Position numbers and translations under genes: made by a program
Assembly: GCA_964565215.1 (NCBI GenBank)
Contig: CAZMCO010000004.1
Location: 1 to 44,093 of the forward strand
Direction of reading: 5' to 3'
Length of the DNA stretch: 44,093 nt
DNA from: an uncultured Candidatus Saccharibacteria bacterium
Lineage (GTDB): Bacteria > Patescibacteriota > Minisyncoccia > Portnoybacterales > UBA2143
The notes under the pieces: generated by a model
The model's database searches: none
Told to the model about the DNA's origin: nothing
The model's input: the letters and a program-made list of their open reading frames with translations, nothing else
Shown: piece after piece, positions 34,536 through 42,945 of the stretch
Position numbering within the stretch: position 1 is the first letter of the stretch
Layout: each line of letters starts with the position of its first letter

Positions 34536-35542
34536 ATTTCCTCGAGTATCTTTAAGGTTTCTTGAGCGCATTTCTGCCAGGAAAATTTTTTGATATTTTC
34601 ATATCCCTTAGCAATCAAATCTTTTTTAAATTCTTTATCGCTAATAACTTTATACATTGCTTTACTAATTTCTTCAATGTTTTTTGGCTTAATCAATAGG
34701 GCTCCCTGACCAGCTACTTCGGGCATTGAAGAAACATTAGAGGTAATTACCGGACAGCCAACTGCCTGGGCTTCTAAAATAGGCATACCAAAGCCTTCAT
34801 AAAAAGAAGGCAAGATGAATAAATCGGCGCTTTCCAGCAACTGTGATTTTTCTTCTTGGCTGATATATCCTTTTTCTATGACATCTTGAGATTTGAATTC
34901 CTGATAACCATATCCTCTTGGGCCAACTAAAATTAATTTATGGGGTATTTGGTATTTCTTTTTTAATAAATTAAAGGCCTTAATTAAACCTTGAATATTT
35001 TTTTTAGCTTCAATACGACCAATGAAAAGAATAAAAGGACAATCGTTAGACCCTAAGGGTCTAACATTGGGTCTAATATTGTAGCCGTGATAGACAACTT
35101 CTATCTTTTCTGGCTGGCCGCCATATAATTCTATTAAATCCCTCTTGGTATTCTCGGAAACGGCAATGATTTTGCGGGCATTTTTTAAGGCATATTTAGT
35201 GCTCCATCGAAGATATTTCAAATGTCGCCAAGGATAGGTTTCTGGATAATATTCATATTCTAAACCATGGATAGTCGCTACTGAATTTTGTGGATGAATT
35301 AAAGGCAAAACATGAACCGGAATAAAAAGAACATCTGGTGGATTAATGGCCATCTCCCCGGCTAACCTAATCTGTGTCCACATCGGCAATGGCCATCTTA
35401 GATTTTTATGGCTATATAAAATAAACCGATGCCTTTTACTTTCTTCTAAAATCGTTAAGTGATTAATTAATTGATAAGTATATTCTTCTACGCCGGTTCG
35501 CGGCTCTTTAAAAGCCGCTCTGGCATTGATGCCAATAAGCAT
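34532..35542 (-). CDS. GT4 family glycosyltransferase (mannosyltransferase-like)
   Basis: TGVEEY, TIHGL, GRIEAKKN, EGFGMPILEA. Confidence 0.92.
   Translation of the reverse strand: MLIGINARAAFKEPRTGVEEYTYQLINHLTILEESKRHRFILYSHKNLRWPLPMWTQIRLAGEMAINPPDVLFIPVHVLPLIHPQNSVATIHGLEYEYYPETYPWRHLKYLRWSTKYALKNARKIIAVSENTKRDLIELYGGQPEKIEVVYHGYNIRPNVRPLGSNDCPFILFIGRIEAKKNIQGLIKAFNLLKKKYQIPHKLILVGPRGYGYQEFKSQDVIEKGYISQEEKSQLLESADLFILPSFYEGFGMPILEAQAVGCPVITSNVSSMPEVAGQGALLIKPKNIEEISKAMYKVISDKEFKKDLIAKGYENIKKFSWQKCAQETLKILEEI
35045..35078. repeat. REP-like palindrome plus extra half-site inside the GT4 gene
   Basis: GTTAGACCC-TAA-GGGTCTAAC followed by a second GGGTCTAA; encodes NIRPNVRPLGSN in the interdomain linker. 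Confidence 0.6.
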
Positions 35543-35544
35543 AA

Positions 35545-36552
35545 TTATTTCTTACTCATGATACTTCTTTTATAAATATCTAAATTTTCTAAAGCTAAAC
35601 CAGCTCCCTTAGCTACACAAAGCTCTGGCTCTTTGGATAAATGGCAAGGAATGTTAATCGCTTCAACAATCAATTTGTCTAAATTTTGAAGCAAAGCGCC
35701 GCCGCCGCTCAAAATCATCCCTTTATCCATAATATCAGCTATTAATTCAGGCGGTGTTGTCTGAAGAACGCTTTTAATTGACTGGATGATTTCTCTGAGT
35801 TGCTCTGAAATAGCTTCAGTTATTTCGTTACCTTTAACTTCAATAAATTTAGGCAGACCAAGCACTAAATCCCGACCTTGAATTTTTAAAGAAATGTCAT
35901 CTTGACGAGGTAAAGCGCTGCCTATTTTTATCTTAATTTTTTCAGCTGTTCTTTCACCAATAGCTAAATTATGTTTTTTCCGAATAAATTCACTAATCGC
36001 TTGATCAATTTTATCGCCAGCCACTCTAACCGAAGCCCAAGAAACAATACCGCCTAAAGAAATAACCGCCATTTCAGAAGTACCTCCCCCAATATCAACG
36101 ATCATATGACCGATTGGCTCATTAATGGGAATACCTGCTCCAATAGCCGCCAGAACCGGTTCTTTAACTACATAAGCTGTCTTAGCACCTGCTTTAATAG
36201 TTGCCTCAACAACAGCCCGTCTTTCTGTAGAAGTGACGCCAGCCGGCACAGCCACCATGACATCCGGTCGGAAAAACCGTCCGCGACCTAAAACTTTATT
36301 AATAAAATAACGAAGCATCGCTTCAGTGATCCGATAATCAGCAATCACTCCGTCTTTCATCGGCCGAGAAGCAGTAATGCTTTCCGGTGTCCGGCCCAAC
36401 ATTTCTTTAGCTTGGTTGCCAACAGCTAAAATACGGTTATCCTCAATAGAAATAGCTACTACGGTTGGTTCATTAATAACCACTCCTTTTTTAGGAAGAT
36501 AAACTAGAGTATTAGCTGTCCCAAGATCTATACCTATTTTCTTTATAAACAT
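35545..36552 (-). CDS. mreB: Rod shape-determining protein MreB/Mbl (copy 2)
   Basis: GIDLGTAN, RPMKDGVIAD, DIGGGT, GGGALL. Confidence 0.95.
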   Translation of the reverse strand: MFIKKIGIDLGTANTLVYLPKKGVVINEPTVVAISIEDNRILAVGNQAKEMLGRTPESITASRPMKDGVIADYRITEAMLRYFINKVLGRGRFFRPDVMVAVPAGVTSTERRAVVEATIKAGAKTAYVVKEPVLAAIGAGIPINEPIGHMIVDIGGGTSEMAVISLGGIVSWASVRVAGDKIDQAISEFIRKKHNLAIGERTAEKIKIKIGSALPRQDDISLKIQGRDLVLGLPKFIEVKGNEITEAISEQLREIIQSIKSVLQTTPPELIADIMDKGMILSGGGALLQNLDKLIVEAINIPCHLSKEPELCVAKGAGLALENLDIYKRSIMSKK

Positions 36553-36556
36553 ATTT

Positions 36557-37813
36557 TTAAGACAGGCGTTTTATATCAGCTCCGATTTTAGAAAGACGTT
36601 CTTCTATCCTTTCATATCCCCGATCAATCTGATAGACATTTTCTATAATTGATTCTCCTTGAGCAATTAAAGCAGCAATAATCAGGGCAATACCGGCTCT
36701 AATATCAGGACTAATCAGATAGCGACCATATAATTTAGTTGGTCCTTGAATAATCACTCGATGGGGATCGGCCATAATGATTTTAGCCCCCATTTGATTA
36801 AGCATATCAGTATAAAAAAGTCGTCCTTCAAAAATTGTCTCGTGAATTAAAGAAAGGCCCTTAGCTTGAGTCATTAAAACAGCAAAAGGAGCCTGCAAAT
36901 CAGTGGCAAAACCAGGATATTCGTGGGTTTTCAGATTAACTGCTTTTAATTTAAAACTTGGTTCAACAATAACAGAATTTTTACCTATTTTAAAATTAAG
37001 GCCGGCTTTTTCTAAAAGAAACCAAAGGACATCTAGGTCTTCAGGATTTAAACCAGCCACTTTTATCGGGCTGCCACTAGCTATTCCTAAAATAATTAAA
37101 CTACCTGCTTCAATTCTATCAGGAATAACCCGACAGTGACCGCCTTTCAAATAATTAACTCCTTCAATTTTTATAAAAGGCGTGCCAGCTCCTTTAATTT
37201 TAGCCCCGCATTTATTTAAAAAATTAGCTAAAGCAGCAATCTCTGGTTCACAAGCGGCGTTCTTAAGGGTGGTTTTCCCTTTAGCTAAAACAGCCATTAA
37301 AATCATTGTCTCGGTAGCCGTCACACTAATAACCGGGAAGACAAATTTAGTCCCTTTTAATTTTTTAGCTGTTAAGTGATATCCTTTTCTATTTGTCTTT
37401 ACTTTGGCGCCAAAGGCCTCAAAGCCAGCTAAAAATATATCGCGCGGCCGCTGACCAATAACACAGCCGCCTGGATGAGGAAAAACTACTTCTCCCTGCC
37501 GAGCCAATAAAGGACCAACCATTAAAATTGAACCTTTTAATTTCTGGGCGATATTTGGTTCTAAACGAGTTGTCTGAATATTTTTAGCTCTAATTCGGTA
37601 AATTCCCGAAGAATTATTTTTTACTTCAACTCCCACTCCCTTGAGTAATTCAACTAAGCGAAAAATATCTTCAATTTGAGGAACATTGGAAATCGTCCAT
37701 TCCTGATCAGTCAAAAGACAAGCCGCCAAAAGTTTTAAAGCAGCATTTTTGGCTCCCTTAACTTTTATCGTCCCCTTTAATTTTCGGCCTCCCTTAATAA
37801 CAAATCTCTCCAT
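36557..37813 (-). CDS. murA: UDP-N-acetylglucosamine 1-carboxyvinyltransferase
   Basis: GAKNA, PGGCVIGQRP (catalytic Cys), PDRIEAG, PGFATD, DRGYE. Confidence 0.97.
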   Translation of the reverse strand: MERFVIKGGRKLKGTIKVKGAKNAALKLLAACLLTDQEWTISNVPQIEDIFRLVELLKGVGVEVKNNSSGIYRIRAKNIQTTRLEPNIAQKLKGSILMVGPLLARQGEVVFPHPGGCVIGQRPRDIFLAGFEAFGAKVKTNRKGYHLTAKKLKGTKFVFPVISVTATETMILMAVLAKGKTTLKNAACEPEIAALANFLNKCGAKIKGAGTPFIKIEGVNYLKGGHCRVIPDRIEAGSLIILGIASGSPIKVAGLNPEDLDVLWFLLEKAGLNFKIGKNSVIVEPSFKLKAVNLKTHEYPGFATDLQAPFAVLMTQAKGLSLIHETIFEGRLFYTDMLNQMGAKIIMADPHRVIIQGPTKLYGRYLISPDIRAGIALIIAALIAQGESIIENVYQIDRGYERIEERLSKIGADIKRLS

Positions 37814-37822
37814 AACATTTTA

Positions 37823-37881
37823 ATACTATCTTATTATCACTCACTTGACAAGTTGGCAAATTGCTAAATAAATGTTATCAT
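37823..37881. promoter_or_regulatory. Divergent near-leaderless promoters (murA on minus, PEGA gene on plus)
   Basis: Minus TTGTCA-17-TAGTAT (37851-37823); plus TTGGCA-17-TATCAT (37853-37881); each -10 is 9 nt from its ATG. Confidence 0.6.
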
Positions 37882-37890
37882 AAGGCAAAT

Positions 37891-38880
37891 ATGACTCGTC
37901 GGGTTCGTCGAATTCTTTTTGGGACAACTATTCTTTTTTTTGTTTTAGTTACTCCAACTGTCCTTCTTTATGCCTGGGGATATAGTTTTGATTGGCAGAA
38001 GAAAAAACCGGTTTTGACAGGTGGTCTTTACATTAAGTCGATTCCTAAAAAAGCCGATGTCTATCTCAATAATAAATTAGAAGAAGAGACACCGGCTTTT
38101 ATTAAACGGATCCTGCCCAGAAATTATCAGGTTAAAGTGATTAAGGATGGATTTCATCCCTGGCAAAAGAAATTGAAAGTAGAATCAAAATTAGTCACTG
38201 AAGCAAAAAATATTCTTTTAATTCCTTTAGAACTGGAAATTGAGACTGTTCAGGATAAACTGCCTGAAGATTTCTCTCTGGCAAAATTTTTTCCCCAAGA
38301 AAAATCTGATGATATTTTCTATCTCCAGAAACCAAGTTATATTCTTTACCAAACTGATTCAGCTAATTCTTTTCAAGAACAAATCAGCTTAACTCCCTTG
38401 CCCTCCAATCAAAAATATGAGATTTTTACTTCGTTAAATGGGAAAATAGCTGTTTTAAGCGAAAAAAAACAACTTTATTTTCTTAATCTAGAAACAAGAA
38501 GTTTTGAGTTAATTGCCGAAAATGTCCAAGGAGTTCAATTCTCTGATGGTAATAAAAAACTTTTATATTTCACTCCAAGAGAAATCTGGGTCTATTACTT
38601 GGAAGATATCCTTTTTCAACCAAATAAAAAAGCCGGTCAGAAAGAATTAATTACCCGCTCAAGCCAGAAAATAAAACAAGCTCTTTGGTATCCAGAAACC
38701 AACGAGCATATTGTTTTTGCTGTTGGCCAAACAGTTAAAATTATTGAGTTGGATGATCGTGATTATCGCAATACCTACGACCTATTTGAACTGTCAGTCA
38801 ATCAAATAGGCTATCAGCAAACAGAAAAAAAACTATATTTTATTCAAGGAGAAAAATTATTAAGAACGAGTTTAGAATAA
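37891..38880 (+). CDS. Membrane-anchored PEGA-domain protein with probable beta-propeller
   Basis: TM then TGGLYIKSIP..ADVYLN..TP..Y.VKV.KDGF.PW.K PEGA signature; start ATG 37891 follows the promoter. Confidence 0.85.
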   Translation: MTRRVRRILFGTTILFFVLVTPTVLLYAWGYSFDWQKKKPVLTGGLYIKSIPKKADVYLNNKLEEETPAFIKRILPRNYQVKVIKDGFHPWQKKLKVESKLVTEAKNILLIPLELEIETVQDKLPEDFSLAKFFPQEKSDDIFYLQKPSYILYQTDSANSFQEQISLTPLPSNQKYEIFTSLNGKIAVLSEKKQLYFLNLETRSFELIAENVQGVQFSDGNKKLLYFTPREIWVYYLEDILFQPNKKAGQKELITRSSQKIKQALWYPETNEHIVFAVGQTVKIIELDDRDYRNTYDLFELSVNQIGYQQTEKKLYFIQGEKLLRTSLE

Positions 38881-38885
38881 TTTTT

Positions 38886-39368
38886 TTACCTCTTCTTCCA
38901 CTGAGGGGCTCGCCTGGCTTTTTTGAGACCAGGTTTTTTACGTTCTTTTTTGCGGGGATCGCGGCGAAGAAAACCAGCTTTTTTAAGCTTTTTAGAAAAA
39001 TCGGGATTAAATTTAATCAGAGTGCGAGCCAAGCCATGACGAATAGCTTCAGCTTGTCCTCGAATACCGCCGCCTTTAACCTTAACGGTTACCTCAAATC
39101 TATTTATGGATTTCATCTTCTCTAAAGCATCAGCCGCTGTCTCTCGAAGTTGAAGAGTGGGGAAGAAATCAATATAAGATTTGTTATTAACTAAAATTCT
39201 TGCCTTCTTATCTTCAAAAGGACGACAGGTAAAAAGACGTACTCGGGCAATGGCTCTTTTTCGACGGCCAACTGCTTCATAGTACTTCCTAGATTTCTTT
39301 ACTTTCTTAGCCGGAGTTTTTTTAGTCAGCTTTTTCTTAGCTGGCTTTTTCTTTTTTTTAACCACCAT
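38886..39368 (-). CDS. rpsI: 30S ribosomal protein uS9 with Lys-rich N-extension
   Basis: VGRRK, GGGIRGQ, RDPRKKERKKPG, PQWKKR. Confidence 0.97.
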   Translation of the reverse strand: MVVKKKKKPAKKKLTKKTPAKKVKKSRKYYEAVGRRKRAIARVRLFTCRPFEDKKARILVNNKSYIDFFPTLQLRETAADALEKMKSINRFEVTVKVKGGGIRGQAEAIRHGLARTLIKFNPDFSKKLKKAGFLRRDPRKKERKKPGLKKARRAPQWKKR

Positions 39369-39369
39369 A

Positions 39370-39726
39370 TTATTCCCCCTCTTTCTTATATAATTTAAGC
39401 TTTTTAATTATTTTATCCCTTAGCTTATTTTTCGGCAGCATTCCATAAACAGCCTTTCTGATTACCTGACGGGAATCTTTTTCCATTGCCTCTTCTAGTC
39501 TAGTTGCTTTTATTCCGCCAGGATAGCCTGAATGCCGATAATAAATTTTTTGCTTCATTTTTCGACCAGTTACTTTAATTTTGTCCGTATTAATAACTAT
39601 TACTTTATCTCCAACATCTAAATAAGGGACAAAATTAGGCTTATTTTTCCCTCGTAATAAATTAGCAATCTCTACGGCTAAACGACCCAATATTTTATTA
39701 GTAGCGTCAATTTTATGCTCCGGCAT
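39370..39726 (-). CDS. rplM: 50S ribosomal protein uL13 (short form)
   Basis: IDA..LGRLA, LRGKNKP, HSGYPGG, GMLPKN. Confidence 0.97.
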   Translation of the reverse strand: MPEHKIDATNKILGRLAVEIANLLRGKNKPNFVPYLDVGDKVIVINTDKIKVTGRKMKQKIYYRHSGYPGGIKATRLEEAMEKDSRQVIRKAVYGMLPKNKLRDKIIKKLKLYKKEGE

Positions 39727-40081
39727 TTTTATCCTTGATTAATTCAATTATAGCCATTTTCGCCCCATCAGTTCGTCGCGGACCCAACTTGATGATTCTT
39801 GTATAACCACCAGCTCGTTTTTGATATTGAGGGCCAATCTGACTGATTATCTTCTGACGTGCTTTAACTGGCAAATATCTATTTAAGTATCTAATAGAAG
39901 CTAAATTATTTTCCCTGCTTTTAGTAATCAATTTTTCAACAAATGGTCTGATTTCTTTTGCTTTGGCTTCAGTAGTAATAATTTTTTCCCTTAAAATTAA
40001 ATGAGCGGCTAAATTTTTTAAAAGCGCCTTTCGCTGATCGCGTTTTAGACTAAGTTTTCTCCCCTTCTTATAATGTTTCAT
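39713..40081 (-). CDS. rplQ: 50S ribosomal protein bL17
   Basis: TTEAKAKE, EKLIT, GGYTRI, DGAKMA. Confidence 0.97.
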   Translation of the reverse strand: MKHYKKGRKLSLKRDQRKALLKNLAAHLILREKIITTEAKAKEIRPFVEKLITKSRENNLASIRYLNRYLPVKARQKIISQIGPQYQKRAGGYTRIIKLGPRRTDGAKMAIIELIKDKNAGA

Positions 40082-41049
40082 CTTAAAGTTAATCCCAACT
40101 TACCCAAAGCTCTTTTTATTTCAATAATTCTCTTTTTGCCTAATCCTTCAATTTTTTCTAAATCTTTCTCTTTTTTCTTAATTAGTCCAGCCACTGTTCT
40201 TAAACCAGCTTCTTTGAGAAGATTAGCTGTCTGAGAAGAAATTTTCAAATCATTGATCTTAGTTTTAGCCACTTCTTTTTCAGCTTCTTTTTTCTTAGAG
40301 ACAATCTTTTTGACTTTTTTAACAGTTTTAACTTTAACTTTGGCTGGCTTTTTCTTTTTTGCTTTTTTTTCTTCCAGAAAGGCAAAAATTTTAAAATGGT
40401 CAACTAAAATTTGAGCTGCTTGACGAAAAGCCTCTTCTGGAGTAATTGTCCCATCAGTTTCAATATTGATTTTCAAACGACCATAATCAGTCCTTTCTCC
40501 TACTCTCATATGTTCCGTACTATAGTTAACCTTGCGAACTGGGCTAAAAATAGCATCAACAGAAATTTTGCCAATTTCTATCTTTCCTTTCTTCCGCAAT
40601 TCAACAGGTGAATAACCCAAGCCAGGCTCTATTTCCATCTCTATCTCTAAATCAGCTTTTTTATTAGTTAAAGTAGCAATATGAGCCTTGGGATTAGCTA
40701 CTTCTAATTCAGAACTAGTTTTAATATCAGCTGCTTCTACTTCTTTTTCACCTTTGGCTTTTAGCCAGGCCTTAACTATCTGGTCAGTATGTAATTTAAA
40801 CCTAATTTGTTTAAGATTAAGAATAATTTGAACAACATCTTCAATAACATGAGGAATAGCCGAAAACTCGTGCTGAACTCCTTTGATTTTTACACTGGTA
40901 ATAGCGGCTCCTGGCAAGGAAGATAAAAGAACTCGACGCAGGACATTACCTAAAGTAGTGCCGTATCCAGGATAACAGGCCTCGACTTCAAAGACGGCTT
41001 GGTTATTTTCTTTTTTAGTAACCTTTGGTTTTTTGGGTAGAGTAATCAT
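40078..41049 (-). CDS. rpoA: RNA polymerase alpha subunit
   Basis: GYGTTLGNVLRRVLLSS, HEFS, DAIFSPV, TDG.ITP. Confidence 0.98.
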   Translation of the reverse strand: MITLPKKPKVTKKENNQAVFEVEACYPGYGTTLGNVLRRVLLSSLPGAAITSVKIKGVQHEFSAIPHVIEDVVQIILNLKQIRFKLHTDQIVKAWLKAKGEKEVEAADIKTSSELEVANPKAHIATLTNKKADLEIEMEIEPGLGYSPVELRKKGKIEIGKISVDAIFSPVRKVNYSTEHMRVGERTDYGRLKINIETDGTITPEEAFRQAAQILVDHFKIFAFLEEKKAKKKKPAKVKVKTVKKVKKIVSKKKEAEKEVAKTKINDLKISSQTANLLKEAGLRTVAGLIKKKEKDLEKIEGLGKKRIIEIKRALGKLGLTLR

Positions 41050-41068
41050 AATTTTTTTATTATTTTTT

Positions 41069-41689
41069 TTAACGACTATAATATTCGATAATCATCCCTA
41101 TTTGGCCGATTTTGCCTAAGTCAGCTACTTTAGGTTGATCAATTATTTCCCCTTCTAATTTCTGTTTATCTAAAGAAAGCCAAGCTGGAGTTTCGTATTT
41201 CTTAAGATTTATCTTAAGGTCTCGAAAAAGAGACAATTTCTTGCTTTTTTCTTTGATTTGAATAATATTTCCTTTTTTAACCTGGCAAGAAGGAATATTC
41301 ACTTTCCGTTGATTAACTAAAATATGACCATGATTAACTATTTGTCTAGCTAAATTTCGCGATTGAGCCCAGCCTAAACGGAAGACAACATTATCTAAAC
41401 GACTCTCTAGTTTATTAACTAAAAGTTCCTCTTTATTTCCTCTTTGACCAACAATCTCTTTAAAATAATTTTTAAATTGGACTTCGGAGACACCATAAAT
41501 ATGCCGAACTTTTTGTTTTTCAATTAATTGCTGACCATATTCTGAAATTCCTTTTCTTCTTGATTTACCATGAAGACCAGGAATATATGGTTTACGAATC
41601 ATAGCACATTTCTGACTAAAACAACGCTCTCCTTTAAGAAAAAGTTTTTGACCAGCTCTTCTGCATTTTTTACATTTAGAATCAATCAT
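41069..41689 (-). CDS. rpsD: 30S ribosomal protein uS4
   Basis: CKKCRR, PGLHG, EKQK, LESRLDNVV, IEYYSR. Confidence 0.98.
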   Translation of the reverse strand: MIDSKCKKCRRAGQKLFLKGERCFSQKCAMIRKPYIPGLHGKSRRKGISEYGQQLIEKQKVRHIYGVSEVQFKNYFKEIVGQRGNKEELLVNKLESRLDNVVFRLGWAQSRNLARQIVNHGHILVNQRKVNIPSCQVKKGNIIQIKEKSKKLSLFRDLKINLKKYETPAWLSLDKQKLEGEIIDQPKVADLGKIGQIGMIIEYYSR

Positions 41690-41703
41690 CTGTTTTCATT
41701 AAT

Positions 41704-42153
41704 TTAAACTCGTCTCGGTTTAGGCGGCCGACAGCCATTATGAGGAACCGGAGTAACATCTTTAATAGAATTAATCTCTAAACCATGATTAATTAGAGTT
41801 CGCACAGCTGCTTCACGACCGCTGCCGACTCCTCTGACAAAAATAGATATTTCTCTAAGATTTAAGTTTTTAACTTTTTCAAGTAAAACCTCGACTACTC
41901 GAGAAGCAGCAAACGAAGTTGCCTTTTTAGGTCCCTTAAAGCCAACTGAACCAGAACTAGACCAAGTAATAACTTTCCCTTGTTTATCGGTTAAGGTAAT
42001 AATCGTATTGTTATAAGTTGACTGAATAAAAATCTTAGCCTGTTCCAGCTGGCCAACCTTTTTTTTGGCAACTTTTCGCTCAGCTGTCTCCCTAACTTCA
42101 GTCTCTTTTAAAATCTCTTCTTCGGTTTTTTTGATAACTCTTTTTTTACCCAT
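41704..42153 (-). CDS. rpsK: 30S ribosomal protein uS11
   Basis: STYNNTI, GVGSGRE, DVTPVPHNGCRPPK. Confidence 0.98.
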   Translation of the reverse strand: MGKKRVIKKTEEEILKETEVRETAERKVAKKKVGQLEQAKIFIQSTYNNTIITLTDKQGKVITWSSSGSVGFKGPKKATSFAASRVVEVLLEKVKNLNLREISIFVRGVGSGREAAVRTLINHGLEINSIKDVTPVPHNGCRPPKPRRV

Positions 42154-42170
42154 GACTATTTTATCTAAAT

Positions 42171-42560
42171 TTATGTTTTTTCGGCTGCTCTTTTCCGGCC
42201 GCTACCCATGGTTCGACGAACATTACCTCGAATTGTTCTAGTATTTGTTTTGGTCTGCTGTCCCCGAACCGGCAATCCCTTAATATGACGAATACCACGA
42301 TAACAACTAATATCTTTTAGCCGCTTAATATTCATCATTTTCTCACGTCTTAATTCTCCTTCAACTTTATATTTTTTTTCAATCATTTCCCGTAACTGAT
42401 TAATTTCTTGATTGGACAGTTTGCTTGTCTGGGTATTGGGATCCATTTTAAGCTGGGATAAAATACGCTTACTCAAAGATTTACCTATGCCATAAACATA
42501 GGTTAAAGCAATCTCTATTCTTTTGTTCTCTGGAATATTAATTCCGGCTATCCGAGGCAT
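42171..42560 (-). CDS. rpsM: 30S ribosomal protein uS13
   Basis: [22 protein letters not shown]; true start at 42560. Confidence 0.97.
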   Translation of the reverse strand: MPRIAGINIPENKRIEIALTYVYGIGKSLSKRILSQLKMDPNTQTSKLSNQEINQLREMIEKKYKVEGELRREKMMNIKRLKDISCYRGIRHIKGLPVRGQQTKTNTRTIRGNVRRTMGSGRKRAAEKT

Positions 42561-42564
42561 AAAA

Positions 42565-42678
42565 TTATCCTTGTCTTTGCTTGTGCTTAGGATTTTTGCA
42601 AATAACGTAAACCCGACCTTTGCGTCGGACAATTTTGCACTTAGCACAAATTTTCTTGACTGAAGCTCTTACCTTCAT
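42565..42678 (-). CDS. rpmJ: 50S ribosomal protein bL36
   Basis: Not in ORF track. [37 protein letters not shown]. Confidence 0.98.
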   Translation of the reverse strand: MKVRASVKKICAKCKIVRRKGRVYVICKNPKHKQRQG

Positions 42679-42690
42679 AATATCTTAAGG

Positions 42691-42912
42691 TTATTTTGAC
42701 CGATAAACAATTCTCCCCTTACTTTTATCATAAGGACTCATTTCCACTCTAACTCGATCTCCAATAAGCACCCGAATAAAATTCAGGCGCATTCGGCCTG
42801 AAAGATGAGCTAAAATTTCTTTTCCGTCATCCAGCCTTACTTTAAAAGTGGCAGCCGGTAAACTTTCGATAACTATACCTTCTTGAGTAATTGTTTCTTT
42901 TGACTGAGGCAC
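42691..42912 (-). CDS. infA: Translation initiation factor IF-1
   Basis: [30 protein letters not shown]; promoter TTGACT-17-TAATAT at 42953-42925. Confidence 0.98.
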   Translation of the reverse strand: MPQSKETITQEGIVIESLPAATFKVRLDDGKEILAHLSGRMRLNFIRVLIGDRVRVEMSPYDKSKGRIVYRSK

Positions 42913-42945
42913 TTTAATAAATATATATTAAAGATAAAACCAAAA

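Noticed and set aside
42561-42647. N-terminal extension of rpsM in the ORF track
   Set aside because: Overlaps rpmJ in another frame; canonical uS13 begins MPRIAG at 42560
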